Source: Lancefieldella sp. Marseille-QA0953
GTDB lineage: Bacteria; Actinomycetota; Coriobacteriia; Coriobacteriales; JAEZZM01
Length of the DNA: 40,000 nucleotides
Reading direction: 5' to 3'
Assembly: GCA_965119715.1 (NCBI GenBank)
Contig: OZ221969.1
Location: 739,620 to 779,619 of the forward strand
Position 1 is the stretch's first letter, and every line of letters starts with the position of its first letter. Of the stretch, positions 1 through 9,064 are shown piece after piece. The notes under the pieces are model-generated. The model searched no databases, had not been told where the DNA came from, and saw only the letters and a list, made by a program, of their open reading frames with translations. A program made the position numbers and the translations under genes.

Positions 1-309
1 ACTCTCTATATGATGCTTACTGGCGACACAATTGACGCTCAAAAAGCATTGGAGTTTGGTTTGGTTACCGAAGTGCTTGAGCCAGAAGATTTGCTTGTAA
101 GAGCTCAAGCACTTGCAAAGTTGATTGCAAACAAGTCCGTGTATGCGGTTCAATCTTTGCTTCTTGCAGTTAATCTTGGAAGTGAAATACCTATGGATGC
201 TGCATTAGAAATTGAAACTGGTCTGATGGCGACTGGATTTGGCACACTAGACCAAATTGAGGGAATGGCAGCGTTTCGCGAAAAACGCAAACCTAAATTT
301 GAACGATAA
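1..309 (+). CDS. enoyl-CoA hydratase/isomerase (crotonase) family protein, C-terminal fragment; 5' end lies outside the window
   Basis: The frame is open from nt 1. TLYMMLTGDTIDAQKALEFGLV...IEGMAAFREKRKPKF matches the typical crotonase C-terminal region. Confidence 0.7.
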   Translation, partial: TLYMMLTGDTIDAQKALEFGLVTEVLEPEDLLVRAQALAKLIANKSVYAVQSLLLAVNLGSEIPMDAALEIETGLMATGFGTLDQIEGMAAFREKRKPKFER

Positions 310-351
310 CATAACAACAGCTTGTTTATATAAATAAGAAAGGGAAAAATT

Positions 352-807
352 ATGGGATACGAAGCTCGCGGGCTATATATAGAAGATTTTGAAGATGATA
401 AGATTTATACAAGTCAAGCCCGTACTATCACTGAAACAGATGTTATGAATTTCGCTGGTCTTACTGGAGATTTTAATCCACTACACACCGATGAAGAATT
501 CGCTAAAGAAGGTCCATTTAAGGCGCGTGTTGCTCACGGTATGCTCGGTGGAGCTATTATGACTGGCATGTCTAACCAATTAGGTATTTTTGAGGGAACC
601 ACTATTGCCTTTTTGGAATTGACTCAAAAATATGTTGCACCATTATTTATAGGTGCTACCGTTCATCTCGAACTTAAGATAAAAGAGAAACGGATGTCTT
701 CTAAGCCAGGCCGTGGTATCATTACCTTTTTTGCAAATTTGATTGATAGCGAAGGCAAGCATATTACTGAAGCTGAATGGGTTATTACGATGCAGGCTCG
801 CAGCTAA
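352..807 (+). CDS. MaoC-like (R)-specific enoyl-CoA hydratase/dehydratase (hot-dog fold)
   Basis: 151 aa containing the MaoC signature region FAGLTGDFNPLHTDEEFAKEGPFKARVAHGML. An AAGGGAAAAA ribosome-binding region lies upstream. Confidence 0.8.
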   Translation: MGYEARGLYIEDFEDDKIYTSQARTITETDVMNFAGLTGDFNPLHTDEEFAKEGPFKARVAHGMLGGAIMTGMSNQLGIFEGTTIAFLELTQKYVAPLFIGATVHLELKIKEKRMSSKPGRGIITFFANLIDSEGKHITEAEWVITMQARS

Positions 808-841
808 GTTAATAACTTATAGCTAAACTTTTGTAACGATG

Positions 842-871
842 GGGCTGTTGCTCAAACTCAACAGCCCTTTT
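842..871. terminator. bidirectional rho-independent terminator between convergent genes
   Basis: GGGCTGTTG (842-850), an 8-nt loop, CAACAGCCC (859-867), then TTTT. It sits between the MaoC stop (807) and the AraC stop (886). Confidence 0.6.
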
Positions 872-885
872 GTAATTTTTAAACC

Positions 886-1860
886 TTAATTATATGAGGA
901 GTCTTGCAGGTGTTCTTTCATCTCGCTAGGAAGCACTTCCTTATATTGCTTATATAAGCTGGTAAATCTGCTTGCAGATTTATAGCCGACTTGTTCGGCA
1001 ACATCTTTAATGTTGTACTCACCAGATTCAATAAGCTCTTCAGAAGCATCAATACGCTTTCTTTGGATGTATTCTGTCATCGATATACCAAACTTTTGCT
1101 TAAAAACGCGCTTGAGTTTGCTTATACTCATATAGGTCATTTCGCTTAAGTCATCTTGATTTAACTCAACGTTATAGTTCTTATCGATATATGCTTGAAG
1201 CATATGCAGGGCATAATCATCGTCTCTGCTTAAGGGATTTGCCTGTTTGCTATAGTAGGCGTTAATTACTTGGAGCAAAAATTCCTTTGCTTTTATCTCA
1301 TAGAAGAGCTCAGCTCCGCTATTTGTATTGCTGTAGGTTTTAATTTCTTGAGCTAAATGAAAAAGTTCTTTATCCAAAAGACCTCGTTTATATCGGTCTA
1401 TAGATTCCAAGATTACTTGAGGGTCCATATGGTAATCAGCGCACAGACTCTCTAAAAACTTACGGTGAAATTCAAATCCAATGCTGTAAAACGAAGATCC
1501 TTCAAACATTCTGCAACTAAACGGATCGCTTGATACGCGCGCTAAAATCATATTATCTGACATGGGGCAGTGCTCACCTAAGACATTGCCATGAGCTTTG
1601 AAAAAATAGCTTACACTTAAGACCACATCAGAAATTACTTGGGTATCAAAGCGTCCGGTCCATTCTTTTTTAAAGTAAAAGTCATTTATGTTTGCAGAAA
1701 AGCCTCTGCCAGTGTAGTACCAGTAATATCCTTGCAGGGCGTCTCCATTTGCCCGGTAAGTTTTTCTGAGCTCATTAAACTGTGTGTCTGTTGGAGCTTC
1801 TTTAAATCCGTAACAATCTAAATATTTTTGAAATATGTAATTGGAGGCCTGTGTTGCCAT
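886..1860 (-). CDS. AraC family transcriptional regulator
   Basis: 324 aa. The C-terminal double HTH (SISKLKRVFKQKFGISMTEYIQRKRIDASEELIESGEYNIKDVAEQVGYKSASRFTSLYKQY) is classic AraC/XylS. The gene is divergent from the ECF operon. Confidence 0.85.
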   Translation of the reverse strand: MATQASNYIFQKYLDCYGFKEAPTDTQFNELRKTYRANGDALQGYYWYYTGRGFSANINDFYFKKEWTGRFDTQVISDVVLSVSYFFKAHGNVLGEHCPMSDNMILARVSSDPFSCRMFEGSSFYSIGFEFHRKFLESLCADYHMDPQVILESIDRYKRGLLDKELFHLAQEIKTYSNTNSGAELFYEIKAKEFLLQVINAYYSKQANPLSRDDDYALHMLQAYIDKNYNVELNQDDLSEMTYMSISKLKRVFKQKFGISMTEYIQRKRIDASEELIESGEYNIKDVAEQVGYKSASRFTSLYKQYKEVLPSEMKEHLQDSSYN

Positions 1861-2020
1861 CTGCCTTCATCCCGCTTCCTCAAACTAGCGCGATTAGCTC
1901 ACTAAACCATTGAGCTCAACCTTAGTTAAAATCCCTCTGAACAAAAGTCTGCGCGCTATAATACGTGTGTTAACTATAACTAACATTTTTGTAAAGATAA
2001 AGAAGAAAGCGAGGTAGTTC

Positions 2021-2628
2021 ATCAAAATTAAAGACATCGTAAAGGTGGCGCTCTTTTCGGTTATTTCCTTTATTTTGTTCATGATTGGCTCTATTCTAGG
2101 TGGACTGTTTGGCGTGTATGGCATGTATATGTCACATGCTATATCAGCCTTTTTATCAATTCCTGTGTATATGATTATGTGCCGTCAAATTAAAAAGCGC
2201 GGTATCGTATTTTTATATTTTGCAATTTTTGGAATAGTGTATACCGTTATGGGATTTTGGCCTATGCTTCCAGTGTGTTTGATAGCAGGCTTAATAGGCG
2301 AGTTTATCTTGCTACCAAAAGATAGCTTTGAAAAACCACTTCAGATTATCCTTGCAGGAGTTATTGCCTATGTAGTGTATGCACTTCATGGACATTTTTC
2401 CTCCTCGTATTTGGTGTGCAAGGTCTTGTTGCACAGTTCCCAAGCATGTTTGAGATAGAAAGCGCTCAAAAGTTGGCGGAATTTTTCCTAAATCCAACTA
2501 CGCTTTGCATTGTGATAGTCGTACTCATCGCAGCCTCAGCTCTTGGAGCTTGGATTGGAAACTTCCTCTTTAATAAATTCTTCTCAAAGAGTGAAAAAAG
2601 CCAAAAAAGATCTTGTCCTAATGATTAA
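2021..2628 (+). pseudogene. ECF-type transporter substrate-specific (S) membrane component-like gene, frameshifted and lacking a canonical start
   Basis: The multi-TM ORF 2045-2458 continues in another frame as 2416-2628. The join is at the T5 run 2395-2399; one extra T would read ...HGHFFLLVFGVQGLV. GAGG (2011-2014) sits 6 nt before an in-frame ATC (2021), not an ATG. The family assignment rests on context with the adjacent EcfT and ATPase genes. Confidence 0.5.
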
Positions 2629-3304
2629 GGTGCGCCTGCATCCTCTGATAGTTTTGCTGCTCATGATCGTCATGTCATTTATTACGCTCTTTGCAAGTAC
2701 TGCAATTTATGTGGCAAGGATTCTTGGTTCCACCTTGCTTTGACTTTTGCATGCGGGCGATAAGTTCTGTAAGTGGGCGGCTGGCTATTTGATCTTGTGG
2801 GCGCTTGTGCTTTTATGTAGGTCTGGATATAGTACAGACCCTCTGTTGGGATCTTTTTATGCGATGTTTCTTATCATCATCAAACTCTATCCAATTTTGA
2901 TGCTTGCTGCAGTACTTGCCCAGTATACTTCAGTTGAGCTTATGCGCTGCATTGATAGGGTGGGTTGTCCTCGGAGTTTATCGCTTGCCTTAGCGGTTGT
3001 AATACGCTTTTTGCCAGATTTTAAGGCGCGCGCAGTAGAGATTATGCAGGCAGGAAAAGTTAGGGGACTGTACCTTTCTCCACTTCATCCTCTAAAAAGC
3101 TTTGAGCTTGTGCTGATCCCACTTATATATAGGATGCTTGAAACAAGCGACACCCTAAGCGCCTTTATTATTACTAAGAGTTTTGAGTATGAAGTAAAAA
3201 AGACCTGTTACCGAGTTCATCATTTTAATGCATTAAACGCACTTACTCTGATATATGGAGCAGCTTTAGTAGGAGCAACAATTTGGTATCAACTATCTCT
3301 GTAA
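2621..3304 (+). pseudogene. ecfT: ECF transporter transmembrane (T) component, EcfT/CbiQ family, interrupted by an in-frame TGA
   Basis: ORFs 2543-2743 and 2747-3304 share one frame and are separated only by TGA 2744-2746 (...ILGSTLL*LLHAGDK...). The ATG at 2621 overlaps the upstream stop (ATGATTAA). It is a hydrophobic CbiQ-like protein with an arginine-rich loop (RFLPDFKARAVEIMQAGKVRG). Confidence 0.6.
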
Positions 3305-4744
3305 AGCTCAATACGCTTTCCTATGAATCAAAAACAGTTTTAGAGAATATAGAACTTGATGTAAAAGCCGGGGAGTTTGTTGTGCTCACGGGACTTTCAG
3401 GTAGCGGCAAAAGCAGTCTTTTACATTGCATGAATGGGCTTATACCTGAGCTTTATGAGGCAAAACTTGATGGTGAAATTAGCATTGCCAACAAAAACTT
3501 AAAAGACTTTAAATCTGGCGAGATAGCTAGTTACATTGGAAATGTATTTCAAGACCCTAAAGACCAGTTCTTTTCAACCTATGCAGAAGATGAGGTAGCC
3601 ATAGTTGGCGAGAACTTAGGTATTGATTACGACACGCTTCATAGCCGCGTTGATAGTGCATTTAAAGATATGGAAGCTGAGCATTTGCGCCACAAGTCGG
3701 TGTATGAGATGAGTGGAGGGCAAAAGCAACTTATCGCCATAACCTCTACCTTGGTAGCTGATACTGAGATACTCTTTTTAGATGAGCCATCTGCAAGTCT
3801 GGATTTTTATGCTATTCAAACGGTTAAAGAGGCACTGAGCAAGCTTAAAGCTCAAGGTAAGACCATTGTCGTTGCAGAACATCGCCTCTATTACGTAAAG
3901 GATTTGATTGACCGGCTGATAATTTTGGACAAGGGAAAGATTATAGCCGAGCTTTCTCAGCAAGACTTGACTCAAAAGACAGCAAGCAAATACGGACTTC
4001 GTTCGCTTGATGAGAGCGCTTTGACTGCATCTCAAAAAGTTCTTCAAAGTCCTTGCGCTATACGCGTACAAAATCTGAGTATCCAAAACAAAAAAGCTTT
4101 CCGAACCCCTCAACTTTGACATTAAGCAGGGTGAGTGTTTAGGGCTTATTGGGGCTAATGGCTGCGGTAAGACAACGCTTGCAAAACAGCTCGCAGGTTT
4201 GTATCCAATTGCTAAGGGTTCTCTTGTCTATGCCGGCAGTGAGGGTGCTGTACGTACAAAGCGCGAGCTCATGAAGAGAAATTACCTCTGCTTTCAAGAT
4301 CCAAGCTCACAAATATTTAGCCATAGCCTTGAGTCAGAACTTGTTCCAAAAGAGCGTCTGAGCGATAAGGACTATCTCGATAAGGCTACTGACTATCTAA
4401 GGCTTTTGACCTGTGGGAATACAAAAATCAACACCCTCAACAACTCTCATGTGGACAGCAACAGCGTCTTGCCTTGATAGTAGCCTTTATGCAGCAAAAA
4501 GATCTCCTGATACTTGATGAGCCAACAGCCGGTCTTGATCACAAACGTATGAAATCGGTGGCAAAAGCTCTTTTAGAGTATGTAAAGCGTGCACCAATTT
4601 TTGCTTATCAGCCACGATCTTGAGCTCTTGTTTGAATGCTGCAATCGGGTACTCATGCTAAGCGGTGGCAAAATGGCTGTAAGTGAGGTATTTGGACATG
4701 AAGATGAGATTCGCAAGTTTATAAGCACAAGGGTAAGCTTATAA
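3283..4744 (+). pseudogene. tandem-domain ECF/ABC ATPase (EcfA-EcfA' fusion type) with three frameshifts in the second domain
   Basis: Domain 1 is intact: Walker A GLSGSGKSS, signature SGGQKQ, Walker B ILFLDEPS. Domain 2 is spread over three frames: GANGCGKTT; then LSCGQQQRLALIVAFMQQKDLLILDEPTAGLD; then ISHDLELLFECCNRVLMLSGGKM. The shifts fall at A6 4090-4095, T4 4404-4407 and T5 4598-4602. The final stop is at 4742-4744. Confidence 0.75.
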
Positions 4745-4751
4745 TTACTGC

Positions 4752-5282
4752 ATGACTTTTACCTTAATTACTGCTGATGCTCAGCATAAAGATGCAATAC
4801 TAGAGGCACTCTCTGAATGGAAAGCTTACAATCAACTGCATCCAGAGGCTAATGCTTCACCTGCCACAATTTTTAGTCATAAAACAGATGACTTTGCTTC
4901 TTATGTTCGCTCACTTACAGAGCTTGAGCCTACAAATCCTGATTGGGTAGCACACTCAACATACTTTCTCTTTGACAGCTCTGAGAATAAAGTGCTTGGT
5001 GCCATCAATATCCGCCATAAACTTAATAACTACTTATATATGTATGGGGGACACATTGGCTATGGAATTTTACCCAGCCAAAGAAAAAGGGGATACGGCA
5101 TAAAGCTTTTAGAACTTGGTCTTAAAAAGTGTAAAGATATAAGCTTAAGAGAAATTTTATTGTGCTGTGACGTTAGAAATCTCACCTCACAAAATCTCAT
5201 TCGGGCTTGTGGTGGAGTATTAGAAAATGAGGTAATTGCGCCTAATGGGCTAACAATTCAGCGCTACTGGATTTACACCTGA
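4752..5282 (+). CDS. GNAT family N-acetyltransferase
   Basis: 176 aa with the acetyl-CoA motif A-like QRKRGYGIKLLELGL and an overall GNAT layout. Confidence 0.7.
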   Translation: MTFTLITADAQHKDAILEALSEWKAYNQLHPEANASPATIFSHKTDDFASYVRSLTELEPTNPDWVAHSTYFLFDSSENKVLGAINIRHKLNNYLYMYGGHIGYGILPSQRKRGYGIKLLELGLKKCKDISLREILLCCDVRNLTSQNLIRACGGVLENEVIAPNGLTIQRYWIYT

Positions 5283-5327
5283 GCTTAACATTTCGTTCAC
5301 GTGATAACCCTATATAATACTCTTTAT

Positions 5328-5343
5328 TGTGACTTTTGTCATA
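5328..5343. promoter_or_regulatory. candidate CRP/FNR-family operator (TGTGA-N6-TCATA) upstream of the FHL operon
   Basis: TGTGACTTTTGTCATA matches 9 of 10 positions of the generic TGTGA-N6-TCACA motif. It lies ~175 nt upstream of the hydN-like start. This rests on a sequence match only. Confidence 0.25.
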
Positions 5344-5420
5344 TTTTGCGATTCCTTCTCAAAAAAGATAATTAAATTAGCAAAAGTAAGCGGATCATAA
5401 TTGAATGTGAACGGCGTTTA

Positions 5421-5433
5421 TGTCATCATGACA
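5421..5433. promoter_or_regulatory. perfect 6-1-6 palindrome TGTCAT-C-ATGACA upstream of the FHL operon
   Basis: Read directly from the sequence, ~85 nt upstream of the ATG at 5518. It is a candidate operator; the binding protein is unknown. Confidence 0.25.
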
Positions 5434-5517
5434 AGACGTTAAGAGATTAATTAATAGGAAATCTCTACATATTTTTAGGGGATTTTTACTATGCCTTGTA
5501 AGGGGAGGAGGTAGTAA

Positions 5518-6117
5518 ATGCAAAACGACCATCTTATTTTTGGTGGGGTTGGCACAGAGATTTACGACGCTGTATTTAATCCAAAACCAGATCCAGCTAA
5601 ATCTGCACATCGCAAAGTAGGCAAAAATATGCGCGTTGTTGGTGATTCAAGCCGTTGCATCGGTTGTAACACCTGTGAAATTGCGTGCATTATTTCGCAC
5701 TACAAGCCAGGCCTAGCTCCAGTAGCAAGACTTAAGGTAGTCAAAACAGATGACATTTCTGTACCAGTAATGTGCAGACAGTGCGTCGATCCAGACTGTG
5801 CTAAGGCTTGCACCCAACACGCAATCTATTCAAACGGAATATCAGTGTTAGTTAACCCTGATAAATGCATTGGATGCTATGACTGCGTGGGCGCATGCGA
5901 ATATGCGTCAATTCATGTACACAAAAATATTGAGCCAGTAGATTTTGCGGGTCTTCATCTTAAAGATGAGCGCGCAATCGCGGTTAAGTGCGACCTTTGT
6001 CAGCACAGAGCTAATGGCCCATCTTGTGTAGAGGTTTGTCCATCAAATGCACTAAGCATTGTGGAATCAGAAAAGTTCGAGGCAAGAGAGAACGAGCTTT
6101 TCGAACAATTTAAGTAG
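5518..6117 (+). CDS. hydN: 4x[4Fe-4S] ferredoxin-type electron-transfer subunit (HydN/HycB family)
   Basis: Four Cys clusters: CIGCNTCEIAC, CRQCVDPDCAKAC, CIGCYDCVGAC, CDLCQHRANGPSCVEVCP. A strong ribosome-binding site (GGGGAGGAGG) precedes the ATG at 5518. The gene is immediately upstream of fdhF. Confidence 0.85.
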   Translation: MQNDHLIFGGVGTEIYDAVFNPKPDPAKSAHRKVGKNMRVVGDSSRCIGCNTCEIACIISHYKPGLAPVARLKVVKTDDISVPVMCRQCVDPDCAKACTQHAIYSNGISVLVNPDKCIGCYDCVGACEYASIHVHKNIEPVDFAGLHLKDERAIAVKCDLCQHRANGPSCVEVCPSNALSIVESEKFEARENELFEQFK

Positions 6118-6154
6118 TATCGTCGAGTATTCGATTTAACTGATAGGGGGAAAT

Positions 6155-8353
6155 GTGGCTGAGAAGACCATGGTAGTTTGTCCATATTGCGGCACTGGCT
6201 GTAAGATGAACATGATTACCGAAAACGGCAAAGCCATAGGCGTTGAGCCTCTTGATGGTGTTAACAACCAGGGAGACTTATGCTTAAAAGGTTACTACGG
6301 CTTTGACTTTCTAAACGACACCAAAATTTTAACTCCACGCTTAAAGTATCCTTTAATGCGTGAATCTCGTGACCAGCCTTTTAGGAGAGTTAGCTGGGAT
6401 GAGGCTATTGAGTACATCGCTAAAAGATTTAATGAAATCTTAGAGAAAAACGGTAAAGACTCTATTTATGTAACCGGTTCATCTCGTGGTCCTGGTAACG
6501 AAGCAAACTTTGTAATGCAAAAATTTATTCGCGCAGTGGTTGGTACTAACAACATCGATAACTGCGCACGTATATGACACGCACCTTCAGTTGCTGGGCT
6601 TTCAGCAACATTAGGTAACGGTGCTATGTCAAACTCAGTTGAGGAAATTGACGACACCGATTTGATTCTTAACTTCGGCTATAACGCCGCAGTTTCTCAC
6701 CCACTAGTAGCTAAGCACTATGTTAGAGCTAGAAAACGTGGCACCAAAATCATCACTGTAGACCCACGTATTATCGAGGCTGCTAGAATCTCAGATATGC
6801 ACTTACAATTGAAGAACGGTACTAATATTCCGCTCGTTAACGCAATGATTTATACCATCGTTACCGAAGGACTTCATAACCAAGAGTTCGTAGATAAATA
6901 CTGCGAGAACTGGGATGCATTCTGGGACACCGTTAAAAATTACACTCCAGAAAACGTTGCAGAAATTGTTGGAGTTTCAGCTGAAGACATCCGCAAGGCT
7001 GCTCGTATGTATGCTGAGGCACCTACCGCAACCATTAACTGGGGAATGGGTGTTACTCACTGGAAACAAGGTGTTGCAGTAGTTAGAGCACTTGCTTCAC
7101 TTGCTGCTATTACCGGTAACTTAGGTAGACCAAACGTAGGTGTTAACCCTGTTCGTGGTCAAAACAACGTTCAAGGTTCTTGCGATATTGGTTGTCTACC
7201 AAACGTATATCCTGGATATCAATCAGTAACTGATCATGAAGTAAGAGCTAAGTTTGCTAAGTACTGGGGTGTTCCAGAAGAGCACATTTCAGATAAGGTT
7301 GGCTTTGCTATTACTGAACTTGGTCACAAGGTTGACGAAGGCATTATCAAGGCATTCTGGTGCATGGGTGAAGACCCAATCCACTCAGAACCTGATTCAA
7401 CTGCTATGAGAAAGACTCTTGAAGACCTTGAGTTCATGGTTTCACAAGACATCTTCATGACTGAGACTGCTACCTATGCAGACGTTGTTCTTCCTGCTAC
7501 TTCATGGGCAGAGCATGAGTGCGTATTCTCATCATGCGACCGTGGATTCCAAAGATCTTACGCTGCACTCCCTCCATTCTATGAGTCACTTGATGACTGG
7601 GAGATTATCTCTCGTGTTGCAACTGCTATGGGTTACCCAATGCACTATGAGAACACCAAAGAAATTTGGGACGAGCTCAGAGATCTTTGCCCAATCTACT
7701 ATGGTGTTACTTATGAGCGTATGGCAGATACTGCTCTTATCCACTGGCCATGCTTCTCAGAAGATGACCCAGGTGCTAAGTACCTCTATGCTAATGATGA
7801 ACGTAAGTTTGAAACTAAGTCAGGTAAAGCAATCCTTTATACCGAGGATTACGAGGGACCATTTGAGCCAGTTAATGAAGAGTATCCATTAATCCTCTCA
7901 ACGGTTCGTGAGGTTGGACACTATTCATCACGTACTATGACTGGTAACTGCCAAGCACTTGCAACTCTTGCTGATGAGCCTGGTTATGTAACCGTTAACC
8001 CATCTGACGCTGAGAAATACGGCATTAAAGACGAAGAGCTTGTTTATGTTAAATCTCGCCGTGGTAAGGTATTCGCTCGTGTACGTGTAGAAGATCGTAC
8101 AAACAAGGGCTGCGTATACATGACTTACCAATGGTGGGTTGGTAGCTGTAACGTTCTTACCGGACACTTTATTGCTCCAATTTCTAAGACTCCAGAGTTT
8201 AAGTACGCTGCTGTTGAACTTGAGCCAATTGCTGACCAAGTTCAAGCCGAGAGGGATTTACAAAGGGATTATGCAGAGCTTAAGCAATACTTACGCGATT
8301 CTGCAGCACCTCAAGATCATCCTTACGAGGTTGAAGAAGAAGTCAACGCTTAA
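6155..8353 (+). CDS. fdhF: formate dehydrogenase H, selenocysteine-containing molybdopterin subunit (one CDS read through the UGA at 6575-6577)
   Basis: Track ORFs 6155-6577 and 6626-8353 are in the same frame. The junction reads NIDNCARI-U-HAPSVAGLSATLGNGAMSN, collinear as I recall it with E. coli FdhF (CCARVUHGPSVAGL). The N-terminal [4Fe-4S] motif is CPYCGTGC. The GTG start follows GGGGG. Confidence 0.9.
6578..6624 (+). promoter_or_regulatory. bacterial SECIS-like stem-loop directing Sec insertion at UGA 6575
   Basis: Upper stem GTTGCTG (6590-6596) / CAGCAAC (6603-6609) with loop GGCTTT. Lower stem GCACC (6581-6585) / GGTGC (6620-6624). The structure starts a few nt 3' of the UGA, as in fdhF-type SECIS elements. 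Confidence 0.7.
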
Positions 8354-8374
8354 GAGAAGCGGTATTTGATTTAA

Positions 8375-8413
8375 ATGCGCAGGTAGATTGTGTTAAAACA
8401 TTTACCTGCGCAT
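8375..8413 (+). other. intercistronic stem-loop between fdhF and hyfA (perfect 11-bp stem, no U-tract)
   Basis: ATGCGCAGGTA (8375-8385) and TACCTGCGCAT (8403-8413) are exact reverse complements with a 17-nt spacer. The hairpin is followed by GTCCTGTT rather than a T-run. Confidence 0.55.
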
Positions 8414-8459
8414 GTCCTGTTAGACTAAGATCTGTGCCCGAATAGGGGGTTTAGGCACT

Positions 8460-9062
8460 ATGAACCATTATATTGTTGGTCATAACGAACGATGCATTGG
8501 TTGCAACACCTGCCAAGCAGCATGCTCAAATGCGCATAAAGCTTTTGGCTTGCAGTCACATCCAAGAATCTCCGTTATTAAAACGTCTGATATTTCAGTT
8601 ATCAGTGCGTGCCACCAATGTGAGGGAGCGCCTTGTGCTGAGGTTTGCCCAGTACAAGTCATTCACCACTTTGGAAACTTTATTTATGTGGACGAGAAAA
8701 ACTGTATAGGCTGTAAGCTTTGTGCTTACATTTGCCCATTTGGCGCAATACATCCAGATGGTACTTCAATCTCTGGTGTAGCTGGTATCTCAGTTGATAT
8801 CCCTACATACTCAAAAACCATTAGCCCAACACTTGACTGGGAAATTGGTGTACACACGGTTGCCGTTAAATGCGATGTTTGTTTCTTTGATCCACAAGGT
8901 CCAAACTGTGTTCGCGTTTGCCCAACCAAAGCTATTGAATTTGTAACTGAAGAGGATGCAGCAGACCTAAGCAAGGAGCTTAGAACTCAAGCTGCAGAAG
9001 TGTTAACCCAAGTGTTACATGAGGATACTTCTTCATCTTCTCAAACAGGAGGCGAGGAATAA
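8460..9062 (+). CDS. hyfA: hydrogenase-4 component A, 4x[4Fe-4S] ferredoxin-type subunit (HyfA/HycB)
   Basis: Cys clusters CIGCNTCQAAC, CHQCEGAPCAEVCP, CIGCKLCAYICP and CDVCFFDPQGPNCVRVCP. Ribosome-binding site AGGGGG. Confidence 0.85.
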   Translation: MNHYIVGHNERCIGCNTCQAACSNAHKAFGLQSHPRISVIKTSDISVISACHQCEGAPCAEVCPVQVIHHFGNFIYVDEKNCIGCKLCAYICPFGAIHPDGTSISGVAGISVDIPTYSKTISPTLDWEIGVHTVAVKCDVCFFDPQGPNCVRVCPTKAIEFVTEEDAADLSKELRTQAAEVLTQVLHEDTSSSSQTGGEE

Positions 9063-9064
9063 CT

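Noticed and set aside
1861-2044. TATAAT at ~1955-1960, or a riboswitch, in the AraC / ECF divergent intergenic region
   Set aside because: There is no acceptable -35 box at 16-18 nt spacing and no conserved riboswitch core visible. I left it uncalled.
2744-2746. In-frame TGA in the EcfT-like gene as a second selenocysteine codon
   Set aside because: No hairpin lies downstream, EcfT proteins are not known selenoproteins, and both neighbouring genes of the operon carry frameshifts. A nonsense mutation is the simpler reading.
5547-5562. Sigma-54-like TGGCAC-N5-TTTAC motif near the start of the FHL operon
   Set aside because: The -12 element lacks the GC dinucleotide. The motif lies inside the ORF that begins at the strong ribosome-binding site and ATG at 5518.
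7476-7892. 138-aa alternative-frame ORF inside fdhF, plus many 60-110-aa ORFs antisense to the hyf, gcv, lpd and metE-like genes (for example 9943-10218, 13096-13407, 34338-34911)
   Set aside because: All are nested in strongly supported conserved CDSs. They lack ribosome-binding sites and have compositionally biased translations, so they are shadow ORFs.
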